Assembly: GCA_032249135.1 (NCBI GenBank)
Contig: JAVVGL010000006.1
Location: 1-64,000, forward strand
Reading direction: 5' to 3'
Length of the DNA stretch: 64,000 nt
Origin: Candidatus Calescibacterium sp.
GTDB taxonomy: Bacteria; Calescibacteriota; Calescibacteriia; Calescibacteriales; Calescibacteriaceae
Positions 26,892 to 37,554 of the stretch are shown one piece after another. The notes under the pieces were generated by a model. The model saw nothing but the letters and a program-made list of their open reading frames with translations. It was not told where the DNA came from and did not search any database. Position 1 is the stretch's first letter. Each line of letters begins with the position of its first letter. A program made the translations under genes and the position numbers.

Positions 26892-28910
26892 TTAGTTTTT
26901 TCTTTTTTCTCTCCTTTTTACTATCAGAAATATCAAATATAAGATCAGATTAAAGTATGTTCCGATTATGGAGAGTAAATTTACATTATAAGATGAGCAG
27001 GAGCATCCGAATTCACCGGATGCTCCGAATTTGTCCTGAGGTTTGTTTCCCAAGGTAGTTTCTGGATTTTGGACCTTGACAACCCAATTTCTTATCTCCT
27101 GAGAAATGCAATTAGATGCCCGAATAGAAAATCTGTAAATGCCTTCAGATGGAGGGGTTTTCCATATGATCTCTGCATATCCTTCATATGTGCTAATAGA
27201 TTTTGCTTTTCCGCCATCGGAAAAATTAGCTCCATCGGGTTCTATTATTTCCAGAAAAATAGGAGGGGTGCCATTAATGTATATAGTTGCTTTATATTCA
27301 CTTGATGGGGGTGCAAAATCATATTTTTCAGCATCCTTTATATTTGGGCTTCTCAGAACTACTTCTTGAGAGATTGGAGTTGCTCCCACATTTATTCTAT
27401 CAGGAAATTTCTCAAAAACAGCAATAATGACATCATGAGGCTTGCCTTCGTAGCCATAAGCCGCTGTTGCAGAATCTGGGAATACATCCCCTGATTTCCA
27501 GAAATCATTTGGTTGGCTTTCTAAACATTTTACAGATTCATTCTCTTTATTTATATCAATTTTTTCAAACCTCCAAACATCAGAATAAGTTCCTGTATTT
27601 TCATTATATTTGAAAGGCAAAACAACTTTCACTCCGTAATGCCTTGAACATGTAATAAAGTTTCCTTTGCTATCTTTTACTTCACCGCATGAATTTCCAC
27701 ATCCGGGGAAACATTCATAGACATTTACAGAGTTTGAACTAATACCGGAATTTACTATGTTTTCATCAATATGCCATATGAGGACTCCTTCGGAGGGAAA
27801 ATCAGAATCAAATAGTTCTTTTTTTCTGAACTCAATAAGAAAATATTCGGTTTGAGAGGTTCCGCCATAAGCTGGAATTTTTAAAAAGAATTGAGAGTTT
27901 GAGCTTGAAGAAATTGCATCACAGAAATCGTAAGTTACAAGTTTTGGAAAAGCCCAACCCAGATAAATTTTCTCCCACGGGGAAAGATTTGCCGGCAAAG
28001 TTCCAAAAGGAGTCCCTTTATACAAACCATATCCCATAAGGGAGTAAGGTCCGACACCACAAGATTGAATTCCGCCTTGTGAGTATCCGGCATCGTATAG
28101 ATCCGGTAGCCCGAGAAGATGACCAAACTCATGAGCCATAAGTCCCATATTGCCTTTTGGGAAAAACTGAGATATACCTGCTGCAATGACTCCGCCTTTT
28201 ATAATTTTTCTCTCCTGCGTTGTAATATAAGTATAAAAAGCGTGAGACCAAATATCACAACACTTTGGATCATCATATGAATAAGGCAGAGTTTCAGCTC
28301 CTTGACCAGAATGTATAATAATGAAGCAGTCTACGATACCATCTGAATTTCCGTCAAATTTTGAGAAATCTATATCTTGGTCTGTGATTTGGACGAGCTC
28401 CCGCGCGAGATTTTGAGTCCCATTTCCCATACCACAATACCGAAAGCTTCCGTTTTTTGTTCCGCAAGCATAATCTGAAAGATTTGAGGAAACCGTATAA
28501 GGTCCAAAAACTTCTCCGCTTATTTTTAATTTTCCTTGGGAGTTTATAAGCCAGAAATCTCTAAATGAAGGGAATTTGTAGATGGTGTTAGAAGTTATTG
28601 AGCCAACCATAAGCTCAGAAAAATATGATTTCGGGTCTGCGGAAACTCCGTATTTTGACAAATCAAATTTTTTATCTTGGAACTCTACTAAAATGATAGC
28701 ACATCTGACATTACCCTCCCGTGGTGCTACTTGTTTTGGAGTTATGAAAGCCTCTGGAGATATTCTCATCAGAGATTTTGATGATTTGAAACCAAGCCTT
28801 GTTGGCGTCCAAACTCCAGGGTATGGTGGAGCAGATAGAACATCAACTTGAAGCGATGGGAAAAATGATAATAATAAAAAAAGTGAAACCATAAAGAAAA
28901 AAAGTAGCAT
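26892..28910 (-). CDS. Secreted M6 family (immune inhibitor A-like) metalloprotease with Cys-containing C-terminal sorting signal
   Basis: Signal peptide, ILVEF.D, DFS.FD...DG.VD, IWSH, HEFGHLLGLPDLYD, SLMG.G, EYFLIE.R, G.LIWHID, FGCSCS-TM-KRREKRK. Confidence 0.92.
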   Translation of the reverse strand: MLLFFFMVSLFLLLSFFPSLQVDVLSAPPYPGVWTPTRLGFKSSKSLMRISPEAFITPKQVAPREGNVRCAIILVEFQDKKFDLSKYGVSADPKSYFSELMVGSITSNTIYKFPSFRDFWLINSQGKLKISGEVFGPYTVSSNLSDYACGTKNGSFRYCGMGNGTQNLARELVQITDQDIDFSKFDGNSDGIVDCFIIIHSGQGAETLPYSYDDPKCCDIWSHAFYTYITTQERKIIKGGVIAAGISQFFPKGNMGLMAHEFGHLLGLPDLYDAGYSQGGIQSCGVGPYSLMGYGLYKGTPFGTLPANLSPWEKIYLGWAFPKLVTYDFCDAISSSSNSQFFLKIPAYGGTSQTEYFLIEFRKKELFDSDFPSEGVLIWHIDENIVNSGISSNSVNVYECFPGCGNSCGEVKDSKGNFITCSRHYGVKVVLPFKYNENTGTYSDVWRFEKIDINKENESVKCLESQPNDFWKSGDVFPDSATAAYGYEGKPHDVIIAVFEKFPDRINVGATPISQEVVLRSPNIKDAEKYDFAPPSSEYKATIYINGTPPIFLEIIEPDGANFSDGGKAKSISTYEGYAEIIWKTPPSEGIYRFSIRASNCISQEIRNWVVKVQNPETTLGNKPQDKFGASGEFGCSCSSYNVNLLSIIGTYFNLILYLIFLIVKRREKRKN

Positions 28911-28939
28911 AAAAATTATCTTAACAAATTAAATCAAAG

Positions 28940-28971
28940 AAAGTATTTTTTTGAAAAAGTATTTTTTTGGA
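28940..28971. repeat. Tandem 16-bp direct repeat between cysS stop and M6 protease start
   Basis: aaagtatttttttgaa / aaagtatttttttgga. Confidence 0.6.
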
Positions 28972-28977
28972 AAAGAT

Positions 28978-30429
28978 TTATTCGGTTTTGAATTCTGAGT
29001 AAGGAATTTTTTTTGCGCCAAAAGGTGTATCTTGTAAATATATTCCTATGTCAAGGAGCTTTTTTCTTATCTCATCAGCTTCTTGAAACTTTTTTTGTTT
29101 TCTCAATTCCTCTCTCTTTTCTACTAATTTGCAAACTTCATCGTAAGAAATACCGTGTTCCTTACATCTTCTTATAACTTCTTCCTCAATAAAACTTTTT
29201 TGAGATATAAGAGGAATTTTTCCGAAAAGTCCCGTTCCCTCATAAACTTTTTTCAGAAAAGCTAAAAACTTTATAAGTTCATCTTTTGAGTTTGATTTTC
29301 GTACATCTTCAAAAGCTGAAAACACAAGAGAAAATGCAGAAGGAGTGTTGAAATCGTCATCCATAAATTTGCAGAAAGAATCTATAAGATTTTTTACTTT
29401 GCTATCATCTTTCATTTTTTCTATTTCATGTTCGCTGATTTTTGCTTTTTCAGTTTCAAATTCTAATGTATAGTAAAAATTGATGAGAGCTTTTTCGTCT
29501 TTTTTTATGTTATCATCCGAAAACTCAACAGGGCTCCTATAGTGGTATTTTGCTATTGAGAACTTTATGACTTCTGGATGGAATTTTTTGAGGAGCTGGG
29601 GAATATCTATAACATTTCCCAAAGACTTTGACATTTTTTCTCCTTTCAGTGTGAGGTGTCCTGTGTGAAGCCAGTATTTTGCAAAACCTTTACCTGTTGC
29701 AGCGCGGGATTGAGCAATTTCATTTTCGTGATGGGGAAAAATAAGGTCCTGTCCTCCACCGTGAATGTCAAATTCTTCCCCAAGGTATTTCATACTCATA
29801 GCGGAGCACTCTATATGCCAACCTGGTCTGCCTTCTCCCCAAGGAGAATTCCAAGATGGTTCATCTTGATACTTTTTAGATTTCCACAGAACAAAATCAA
29901 GAGGATTTTTTTTCTTCTCATCTGGTTCTACTCTTGCACCGGCAAGCATATTTTCAAGAGACATTCCTGAAAGCTTTCCATAATCCTTGAAAGATAGTAC
30001 ATCAAAATAAACATCTCCATCAACAACATATCCGTAACCATTTTTTATTATTTTCTTTATAAGTTCTATTATATCTGGTATGTGTTCTGTGACTCGGGGT
30101 TCAAAATCGGGTTTTATTAATTCAAAAGGTTCTATATCTTTTCTGAAAAGGTCTATATATTTTGAGGATACATCATAGGCTGAAATTCCTTCTTCTCTTG
30201 CTCTCTGAATTATTTTATCGTCCACATCTGTAAAGTTTCTGACAAAAATCACTTTAAATCCTTTGAATCTCAAATACCTTACAATGATATCAAAAGGAAT
30301 AAAGCTTCTGAGGTGTCCTATATGCATCCTATCATACACTGTAAGTCCACAGACATAAATTCTCACTTCACCCTCATTGAGAGGTATAAAATCTTGATAA
30401 ACTCCACCATAAGTGTTTTTGACCTTCAT
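28978..30429 (-). CDS. cysS: Cysteine--tRNA ligase
   Basis: [54 protein letters not shown]. Confidence 0.98.
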   Translation of the reverse strand: MKVKNTYGGVYQDFIPLNEGEVRIYVCGLTVYDRMHIGHLRSFIPFDIIVRYLRFKGFKVIFVRNFTDVDDKIIQRAREEGISAYDVSSKYIDLFRKDIEPFELIKPDFEPRVTEHIPDIIELIKKIIKNGYGYVVDGDVYFDVLSFKDYGKLSGMSLENMLAGARVEPDEKKKNPLDFVLWKSKKYQDEPSWNSPWGEGRPGWHIECSAMSMKYLGEEFDIHGGGQDLIFPHHENEIAQSRAATGKGFAKYWLHTGHLTLKGEKMSKSLGNVIDIPQLLKKFHPEVIKFSIAKYHYRSPVEFSDDNIKKDEKALINFYYTLEFETEKAKISEHEIEKMKDDSKVKNLIDSFCKFMDDDFNTPSAFSLVFSAFEDVRKSNSKDELIKFLAFLKKVYEGTGLFGKIPLISQKSFIEEEVIRRCKEHGISYDEVCKLVEKREELRKQKKFQEADEIRKKLLDIGIYLQDTPFGAKKIPYSEFKTE

Positions 30430-30497
30430 TTTTTCTTCACATCTTTATCTTTATTTTTCCTTATTTTTCCTTTCCCATTTCATTTTTCTTCTTTTAT

Positions 30498-30896
30498 TCA
30501 TTCTTCTTCTTTTATTTTTATTTGTTTTGCATCTATCCAGAGACCTTCTATATCGTAGAATTTTCGCGCCTCATCTTCAAAGATATGCAATACTATATCT
30601 CCTGTATCAACTATGTTCCAGGGTGATTGAGGGTTGAAATCAGAGAACAGAATAGAAATTCCGATTTTATCTGCTTTTTCTTCTATCTCATCTATTATGG
30701 CTTTTCTGTGAGTACTGCTATCTGCTGTGCATATTATAAAAAAATCAGCTATGTGCTCAAAATTTTGCAAATCTATTACTACAACATCTCTTGCCTTCTT
30801 TGATAAAATCAAATCAACTATTCTCCTTACTTTCTCATCAATTACATCACCTGGCAACCTCTCTCTCAATTTGGAAAATTTCTTTTTATCCATCAA
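30498..30896 (-). CDS. rsfS: Ribosome silencing factor
   Basis: KKA.DV..ID, ADFFIICT, W..VD.GDIVLHIF..E.R.FYDIE.LW. Confidence 0.94.
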   Translation of the reverse strand: MMDKKKFSKLRERLPGDVIDEKVRRIVDLILSKKARDVVVIDLQNFEHIADFFIICTADSSTHRKAIIDEIEEKADKIGISILFSDFNPQSPWNIVDTGDIVLHIFEDEARKFYDIEGLWIDAKQIKIKEEE

Positions 30897-31002
30897 ACAA
30901 AAAATCCAGAGCCTACAAAAATATCTTAAAGATAATTTTATAATTTATAATAGGAGAATAATTTTTGTAGCAAAAAAATTCTGAAAACGAAAGCTAGAAA
31001 AA

Positions 31003-32820
31003 ATGAGAACGAATTTTCAGAAACGGCTTTTCTTATTTTTTTTCTCAATAACAATATTTTTTGCGGAGGTGATAACTCCGAACGCTCTCGCTCAGCAGAG
31101 ACAACAAGATAGGAAAGAGAGATTAGTGTTAGAACCTCCTAAAATTACAAGTTTCATACCAGAACGCACTGCAAGAGAAAAACTGAAAATAGAAGGAAAA
31201 ACATGTCCCAATTGCAATGTGGTAATAGAGATAAATGAAAGCAGGGTAGAGGCATCAGGTGGAGCGGATGGAAAATTTAGAGCCGAGGTAAAACTTGAGA
31301 AAAATAAAAAGAACATATTGAGAATATATTCACTCTCGGGTAAAGCAAGTTCAGATTTTATAGAATACAGTATAATTCATGCGGATCTCCCTCTCCCTAA
31401 AAATTTGAATGAACCCCCGAGTGTGGATAAGGATTCCATACCTCCTTATACTCGTGAGGCTGGTGTGGTGATTTTTGGTAGAGCTGTTCCTTTGACGAAA
31501 GTAGTCGCAAGAGGTGGTTCAAGTCCAGCAAGTAGTATGTCAGACAAAGATGGATACTTTGAACTTCTTGTGTTTCTGAACTTTGATACTTTGAACGAAA
31601 TAGAAATATATATGGAAGATGAGAAAGGTTTTCTTTCTCCGAGGGAAAAAATTGAAATATATCAAATATCAAAAGCCCCTCCTGCTCCAAGATTATATGA
31701 TGCCCCTGCGGCTACAAATCTTGAAAAGGTTAGCTTGAGGGGAAAAACGATCCCTACTATGAAGGTACTTGCGGAACTTAAAGCTGGTGGAAAGTTTGAA
31801 ACGATAGCCACAAAGAAAGGAGAATTCGTAATAGATGTTCCTCTGGTGCGGAACTCCGAAAATGAGATAAGCTTATTTACTGTTGATCCTGCGGGAAATA
31901 TTTCTGCACCGACTAGATTGAAAATAATTCAGGACTCATCTCCCCCTCCGCCACCAATTATAGAAAGCTACCCTTCAAAAGTAGTTGAGAATAAGGCAAC
32001 AATATCGGGCAGGGGTGAGGCGGATGCGAAAATAATAGCGAAAATATCTGATACTGAAAAAGTAGTGGGAACAGTAGGAAAAACTGGGGATTTTACGGTA
32101 GATGTTGAGGTTTTGAAATATGAAAGACAATTGAGAAGAAATTACATACATATTATCTTGGAAGACGAGGCTGGAAATAGGTCTGAACCAGCTCTTATTA
32201 TAATTGATAGACTACCAGATATAAGGAAAGTAGTCGTTGATGCTGGGCTCAGCTTTCATACTTTTCACAACCTTGTAGGAAACGAATACTTTGAAGGAGG
32301 TATCAAAACTTCTCCATATAAATTTTGGGGTTTTGGTCTTGAAGTTGAACCTATATATATCTTTCAACGACGCAGTGGATTGGCATTAGGATTAGTAGCA
32401 GGTGTATATCCTCAAACATCTCAGAAAATAGAAATGAATATCCCCCCTGATTTGCGAGGAGAGGGAGAACTAGATAAGGTATCTTTTTTCAAGGGATTTA
32501 TTGCTATTTCTCCAAAGGTTGTGTTCTTTGCGGAAAACTTTGACTTATTTTTTGGAATAGACATCGGAAATGTTTTTCTGATAAGAGGAGCAGCGGAATA
32601 CAATGCAATTGAGGGAAAATATAGGAGAGAAAATAGATTATTTAATGCGCTCATGCTGAGGCTATCGGGGAAAATAAAATATTTTCTGAACCCAGCTATT
32701 GCTTTATTTTTTAGTCCGTCCGTAGGTTATGCTCCAATAAAGAACGCAAATGAGTTTGGGCATACATTAGATGCAGGTGGAGTAAGTGCAACATTTGGGG
32801 TAAGTTTTAACTTATTCTGA
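31003..32820 (+). CDS. Exported protein with ~4 Ig-like repeats and a C-terminal outer-membrane beta-barrel-like domain
   Basis: Signal peptide (ALA-Q); repeated P.I...I.G......G.F...V.L....N.I.....D.AGN.S units; amphipathic strands ending GVSFNLF. Confidence 0.75.
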   Translation: MRTNFQKRLFLFFFSITIFFAEVITPNALAQQRQQDRKERLVLEPPKITSFIPERTAREKLKIEGKTCPNCNVVIEINESRVEASGGADGKFRAEVKLEKNKKNILRIYSLSGKASSDFIEYSIIHADLPLPKNLNEPPSVDKDSIPPYTREAGVVIFGRAVPLTKVVARGGSSPASSMSDKDGYFELLVFLNFDTLNEIEIYMEDEKGFLSPREKIEIYQISKAPPAPRLYDAPAATNLEKVSLRGKTIPTMKVLAELKAGGKFETIATKKGEFVIDVPLVRNSENEISLFTVDPAGNISAPTRLKIIQDSSPPPPPIIESYPSKVVENKATISGRGEADAKIIAKISDTEKVVGTVGKTGDFTVDVEVLKYERQLRRNYIHIILEDEAGNRSEPALIIIDRLPDIRKVVVDAGLSFHTFHNLVGNEYFEGGIKTSPYKFWGFGLEVEPIYIFQRRSGLALGLVAGVYPQTSQKIEMNIPPDLRGEGELDKVSFFKGFIAISPKVVFFAENFDLFFGIDIGNVFLIRGAAEYNAIEGKYRRENRLFNALMLRLSGKIKYFLNPAIALFFSPSVGYAPIKNANEFGHTLDAGGVSATFGVSFNLF

Positions 32821-32861
32821 TTATATTCTGATTAATTATTTTTTTGTTTTCGATTATATTT

Positions 32862-33314
32862 TTATTGCTGAGTTTCTGCTTTTCTTTTAAGTTCTATCCA
32901 AGGATTTCTTCCAACAATTGCGGTTTTATATTGGAGCTTATCTGCTGCAAGCTTTAAAGCTCTGAAAGCATCCTCTTGTGAGACTCCATCTAATTCAAAT
33001 AAAACTGTTCCTGCTTTTACCCTTGCCTCATATCCCACGACATCTCCTTTTCCTCCTCCCATTCTTGTTTCGGCAGGTTTTTTAGTCACAGGTCTCCACG
33101 GGAAAATTCTTATCCAAAGTTTTGCACTTGAAGGTAAAGATCTCAAAATTGTAAGCCTGCAAGCTTCTATTTGCCTTGCAGATATTCTTGCCGGTTCAAG
33201 GACTTTCAGACCCCATTTTCCAAAGACAACAGTGTATCCTTGTGAAGCTTTTCCCCGTGTTCTTCCCTTTCTCCATTTTCTGTATTTTAATTTTTTTGGT
33301 TGGAGTAATGACAT
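32862..33314 (-). CDS. rplP: 50S ribosomal protein L16
   Basis: LQPKK.KYRK, RQIEA.R, WIRIFP..PVT.KPAETRMG.GKG, A..KL; AGGAG SD. Confidence 0.98.
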   Translation of the reverse strand: MSLLQPKKLKYRKWRKGRTRGKASQGYTVVFGKWGLKVLEPARISARQIEACRLTILRSLPSSAKLWIRIFPWRPVTKKPAETRMGGGKGDVVGYEARVKAGTVLFELDGVSQEDAFRALKLAADKLQYKTAIVGRNPWIELKRKAETQQ

Positions 33315-33361
33315 ATTTTATCTCCTCCTTTATCTTTTTTTTATCTCATATATCTTTTTTT

Positions 33362-35530
33362 TTATCTCATAAGCGTAAGTCCAACGCTATCAGATGTTAA
33401 TTTTGATATTTTTGTTATAAGTTTTGGATTTAGGTTTTTTCCAAAAAGTTCGGTGTATCTTACCTCTTTTTGCAAAATTGAACCTTTTTCTTTTCCATAG
33501 AGGAAATCCATATAGAATATAACGGCTACAAATTTTTTGTATGGGTCAAGCTTTTCAAAGACATCGCGGCTTATGTTCAGAGTCTCTCTTATTTGTTCGG
33601 AAACATCATAAGGTAAAGAAGAGAAAACAGAGTAAATCAATTCAAGGTCCTGAGGGGTAAGTCCCAATTTTCTGAGTAGTTGTGGATTTACCTTATACAG
33701 AAGCAAAGAAACCTCATTATATTTTTGTTTGAGAACTTTATCATCTTTTTTTTCTGTTGATTGAAAATAGTTTTCAATAGTTTTCTTTGCGACATCATAC
33801 TTTCCTCTCTTTATAAGGAAATCAACATATTCAACAAGATAATCTGGGTTATTTTGGGAAAGTTCAAATGCTCTTTTGTAATTAGTTTCAGCTAAGTCTT
33901 GATAACCTGGGTTTTTTGAGTAAAGTCTTGCGAGCTTTATATAAGCTTCTTGATTAGTTTTATCGTATTTTAATACATTTTCCAAAGCAAAAATCAAATC
34001 TTGTTCCTCAACTCCGATTTTTTCTAAAAGAAGGACATAATCATATCTTATTTTTCCATCTTTTGCGAAACGGGAGTCAAGTGAAAAAAGTTTATCATAA
34101 AAGCTCTTGGCTTCTTTGAGTTTTGATTTATCATCGGATTCAGAAAAGACTCTTGCAAGATACAAGAGTGCACTATCGGAAAAAGGATTTATCTCTAAAG
34201 CTTCTTTTAGTTCTCTTATTGCTTCTTCTTTTCTTTGAGTTTCAGCATATGTTCTTCCAAGCAAAATTTTGTATTCTGCGAGAGTTTTTCTTAATTCGGT
34301 ATCATATTTTATTTCCGGTTTTTGTGATATAAGTTCAATAGCTTTTCTTGCGGGTTCTGATGCTTCGTCGTATCTTTGTAGTTCAAAAAGAGCTAACGCT
34401 CTTTTGTAATATAGATCGTGTCCGCCTTTTTCGCCTAAAATATCTATTGCTTTTCTCAAAGTTATTTCAGCATCCTGAAATTTCATCATAGCCATATATG
34501 TATCTGCAAGCTTGATATATGGTGTGGCATCAGATGGTGAAAAATCTATTGCTCTCTTATACATATGAACCGCGTCCTCATATCTTTTTTCTTGTCTATA
34601 TATATCTCCCATGGCGATATATGGGTCAGGGAAATTTTCTTTTATTTTAACGGCAGACCTGAATTTATCAAGGGCTTGGGTATTGTTTCCTTTCTTCATA
34701 AGTGCTAATCCTTCCTCGTAAAGTGAAAGAGCCGTGCAGAAATTATCAAATTCTTGAACTTTTGCAAGAAGTCTTTCTGGGAGGCAGAAGTATTTTTTCA
34801 AATCTTCTAATCGCTTTTTTGGAGAACAATCTCTTGCTGAAACTTTTACTGATATAGAGTCTACTTCTGTCCATATTTTATCAACAAAAGATTGGTATAT
34901 ATCTTTTACATCTTGAAGAGCTAATTCTCTTATATCTTCGCTGAGTGCATTTAGCTCTGATTGAGCTGATACATACGCATTACAGAAATCTTGCTCTTTT
35001 GCGTTAGATAAACCTTCCCTTATTCTGATATATCTCATTACAACATCAGATATTGATGGCTTTACTGAAACTTCTAATTTGCACATAAGGTCATAGCCGT
35101 CTTTATCTTTGTCGCCTTCTTTACAATAAGGTTCTTTTTTGAGCTCCTCAAACCTCTTCATTAGAGCTTGTTTTGAAAAGACAAGAAATTTTAAAGATTC
35201 CACATTTATTGTTACTAGATAAGATTCGTCTTCAATATCAAAGTCAAACCTTGAAGAAGTTCTGAGATCAGATGATAGATTTGTTGTTTTTTGTTTTTGC
35301 ATAATTAATCCCTTTTTTTTATCAATGACTTTTGCGGATGAGGTAATTCCTACCTTTGTGATAACCGGCATTAGCCTTTCAAAGTTTTCTTGCGATATAT
35401 TTTCCGGTCTTTCTATTTTTGTTTGAACATCAAAAACATACTTTTTTGGTCCACCGCACGATATAATAAAGAAGGAGAGAAAATAAAAACCTGTAAGGAA
35501 CAAAAGAAAGCAATAATTATGATTTCTCAT
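33362..35530 (-). CDS. Tetratricopeptide-repeat lipoprotein
   Basis: Lipobox-like IISC, multiple TPR units (e.g. YIAMGDIYRQEKRYEDAVHMYKRAI). Confidence 0.85.
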   Translation of the reverse strand: MRNHNYCFLLFLTGFYFLSFFIISCGGPKKYVFDVQTKIERPENISQENFERLMPVITKVGITSSAKVIDKKKGLIMQKQKTTNLSSDLRTSSRFDFDIEDESYLVTINVESLKFLVFSKQALMKRFEELKKEPYCKEGDKDKDGYDLMCKLEVSVKPSISDVVMRYIRIREGLSNAKEQDFCNAYVSAQSELNALSEDIRELALQDVKDIYQSFVDKIWTEVDSISVKVSARDCSPKKRLEDLKKYFCLPERLLAKVQEFDNFCTALSLYEEGLALMKKGNNTQALDKFRSAVKIKENFPDPYIAMGDIYRQEKRYEDAVHMYKRAIDFSPSDATPYIKLADTYMAMMKFQDAEITLRKAIDILGEKGGHDLYYKRALALFELQRYDEASEPARKAIELISQKPEIKYDTELRKTLAEYKILLGRTYAETQRKEEAIRELKEALEINPFSDSALLYLARVFSESDDKSKLKEAKSFYDKLFSLDSRFAKDGKIRYDYVLLLEKIGVEEQDLIFALENVLKYDKTNQEAYIKLARLYSKNPGYQDLAETNYKRAFELSQNNPDYLVEYVDFLIKRGKYDVAKKTIENYFQSTEKKDDKVLKQKYNEVSLLLYKVNPQLLRKLGLTPQDLELIYSVFSSLPYDVSEQIRETLNISRDVFEKLDPYKKFVAVIFYMDFLYGKEKGSILQKEVRYTELFGKNLNPKLITKISKLTSDSVGLTLMR

Positions 35531-35637
35531 CTCTTTTCACCTCACTTTACAAATAATTAATAATTTAAAAACAGTTTATTGTTTAAAAATAATTTATGCT
35601 GAAAATTACCGAAGGTATTTTTATAGTCTAAGATTTC

Positions 35638-36339
35638 TCACTTTTTTATTACTCCTGCATTTTTTAGTTTTTCTATGACATCGTAGGGGGTTTTTGTTCT
35701 GATTATTTTTTTGTCAATCAGAGACTTTATTTCTTTTTCCGAGCTTTCTGTCAAGAATCCCCATTCTGCGAGTATAAAATTTGCTCCGATATTTGATGCA
35801 AATATGAGGTCATTTATACCGTCTCCCAAAACGAATAAAGGTTCTTTTATGGGAAATATATTTTTTATTATTTCAAAGAGCTTTGGATTTGGTTTTTTTG
35901 CGTCAAATGTATCTCCACAAACTATGAGGTCAAAAATTTGTGTTATTCCGAGCTGTGAGAGTAAAATTGATGTAAGATGCTGACTTTTGTTTGTCAGAAG
36001 TATTATGTCCCACTTTGATTTTTTCAGAGTGAAAATCAGCTCAATATTTCCCTGATAAATGTAAGTTTTTTTTGCTATGTTTTTTCTGTAATTTGAAAGA
36101 AAATCTTTTAGAACTTTTTCTAATTCTTCAGTTCTTCCCAATTGATTTAGTGTTTTTTCTATAAGAGGCTTTACACCATTTCCTATATATGAAAGAGTTG
36201 TTTGAAAATCTATCTCTCCTATTTTGAACTTTTTTAAAGTTGAGTTCAGAGAGAAAAATATGTCTTCCGATGTATCAAGTAAAGTTCCATCAAGGTCAAA
36301 AAATAAAGTTGGCATTTTTAATTCCTTATTCTCCTGCAA
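35638..36339 (-). CDS. HAD family hydrolase (phosphoglycolate phosphatase-like)
   Basis: FDLDGTLLDT, IGNG, LTNK, KKP.P, GDG.ND. Confidence 0.9.
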   Translation of the reverse strand: MQENKELKMPTLFFDLDGTLLDTSEDIFFSLNSTLKKFKIGEIDFQTTLSYIGNGVKPLIEKTLNQLGRTEELEKVLKDFLSNYRKNIAKKTYIYQGNIELIFTLKKSKWDIILLTNKSQHLTSILLSQLGITQIFDLIVCGDTFDAKKPNPKLFEIIKNIFPIKEPLFVLGDGINDLIFASNIGANFILAEWGFLTESSEKEIKSLIDKKIIRTKTPYDVIEKLKNAGVIKK

Positions 36340-37444
36340 TTACCCAAACTACATTATATTGATGAAAAGGTGTCCACGCGTTAGCAACCCCTCTTCTTAA
36401 AGATTTTCTTATATCCATTTTATCTCCGACAAGTCTTTTTACTAGTTCTATCATTCTTATAAGTCCGGTCGCTCCCGGAGGATTTCCGCAGAGGGCACCA
36501 CCGGATGCATTTACGGGTAATTTGCCTTCTTTCAGAAGGGACCCATCGTGTATGGGTTTTACAAGTCTTTTTTCTGCAATAAGTTCAAGTGCTTCAATTG
36601 ACATAAGTTCTATATGAGGGAAGCATTCCATTATTTCTGCAAAATCAACCTCTCTTTTTGGATTCTTTATTCCGGAGTTTTTATATGCTTTCCTTGCTGC
36701 ATATCTTAGTGAGTTAATATGAGCTATATCCTCATAACCTGGGTAATATGGACCTATATTTGTTCCGAAACCGTCTACCCACGCTCTTCTTTGCTTTGTT
36801 TTAGCTATATCTCCTCTTGCGAAAATTATAGCAGCTGCTCCGTCTGTTCTTGGTGGCATCATAAGTTTTCTTATGGGTTCAGCTACATACTGAGAAGATA
36901 AGATTTCATCTAAAATAACTTTTTCTCTTATGTGAGCATCTTCATTATCAAATCCATTTCTTCTATTTTTTATAACTATTATTCCGAGTTCTTCTTCACC
37001 TATTCCGAGTCTATCCATAAAAGCTTTTGCCTGTAAAGCTGTGAAGTTTATCCAGTCTAATCCTGTTTTTTCAAGGTAATTCGCTTTTGTGTATAAATTT
37101 GAGAAAGTTCTCATGTTTATTTCAGAAGATTTTCCATATCCGACTACAAGAGCTATTTTACTTTCACCGGTCATTATTTTTGTTACTGCGTATACTGCTC
37201 CAAAAGCACCATCTATATTCCTCAGAAAAGTGTGGCTTTGAGGTTTCAAACCGGATTTTTCTAAAAAACTTGAAATTTTCGTGTATGAGAACGCGCACTC
37301 AACTACATAATCTATATCTTTTGGATCTATTTCAGCATACTTTATTGCCTTTTGAGCAGCTTCAACCGCAAGCTCTACATCAGAAAGCGGAGACATCTCC
37401 TCCTGTCTTGATATACCTATCCCTATTATCCCTACCCTCAACAT
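36326..37444 (-). CDS. Thiolase-fold protein of SCP-x/lipid-transfer (Ltp) type, catalytic motifs divergent
   Basis: ALVVG..K.S, P..DGAAAII, A..AY...GI..P, VDFAEI, G.LPVN.SGG.L..NP..ATG. Confidence 0.82.
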   Translation of the reverse strand: MLRVGIIGIGISRQEEMSPLSDVELAVEAAQKAIKYAEIDPKDIDYVVECAFSYTKISSFLEKSGLKPQSHTFLRNIDGAFGAVYAVTKIMTGESKIALVVGYGKSSEINMRTFSNLYTKANYLEKTGLDWINFTALQAKAFMDRLGIGEEELGIIVIKNRRNGFDNEDAHIREKVILDEILSSQYVAEPIRKLMMPPRTDGAAAIIFARGDIAKTKQRRAWVDGFGTNIGPYYPGYEDIAHINSLRYAARKAYKNSGIKNPKREVDFAEIMECFPHIELMSIEALELIAEKRLVKPIHDGSLLKEGKLPVNASGGALCGNPPGATGLIRMIELVKRLVGDKMDIRKSLRRGVANAWTPFHQYNVVWVIAGE

Positions 37445-37465
37445 AAAGTTTTTATGTTAATCTTG

Positions 37466-37494
37466 TGTGATAAAATTTTAGATTTTACATCACA
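37466..37494. promoter_or_regulatory. Imperfect inverted repeat upstream of the thiolase-like gene (operator or hairpin)
   Basis: TGTGA-TAAAAT-tttag-ATTTTA-ca-TCACA. Confidence 0.4.
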
Positions 37495-37554
37495 TTTTAC
37501 CTTTTAATTTTTTTTCACCTTATTACTTTTTTTACACCTTTACTTTTTTGTCTT

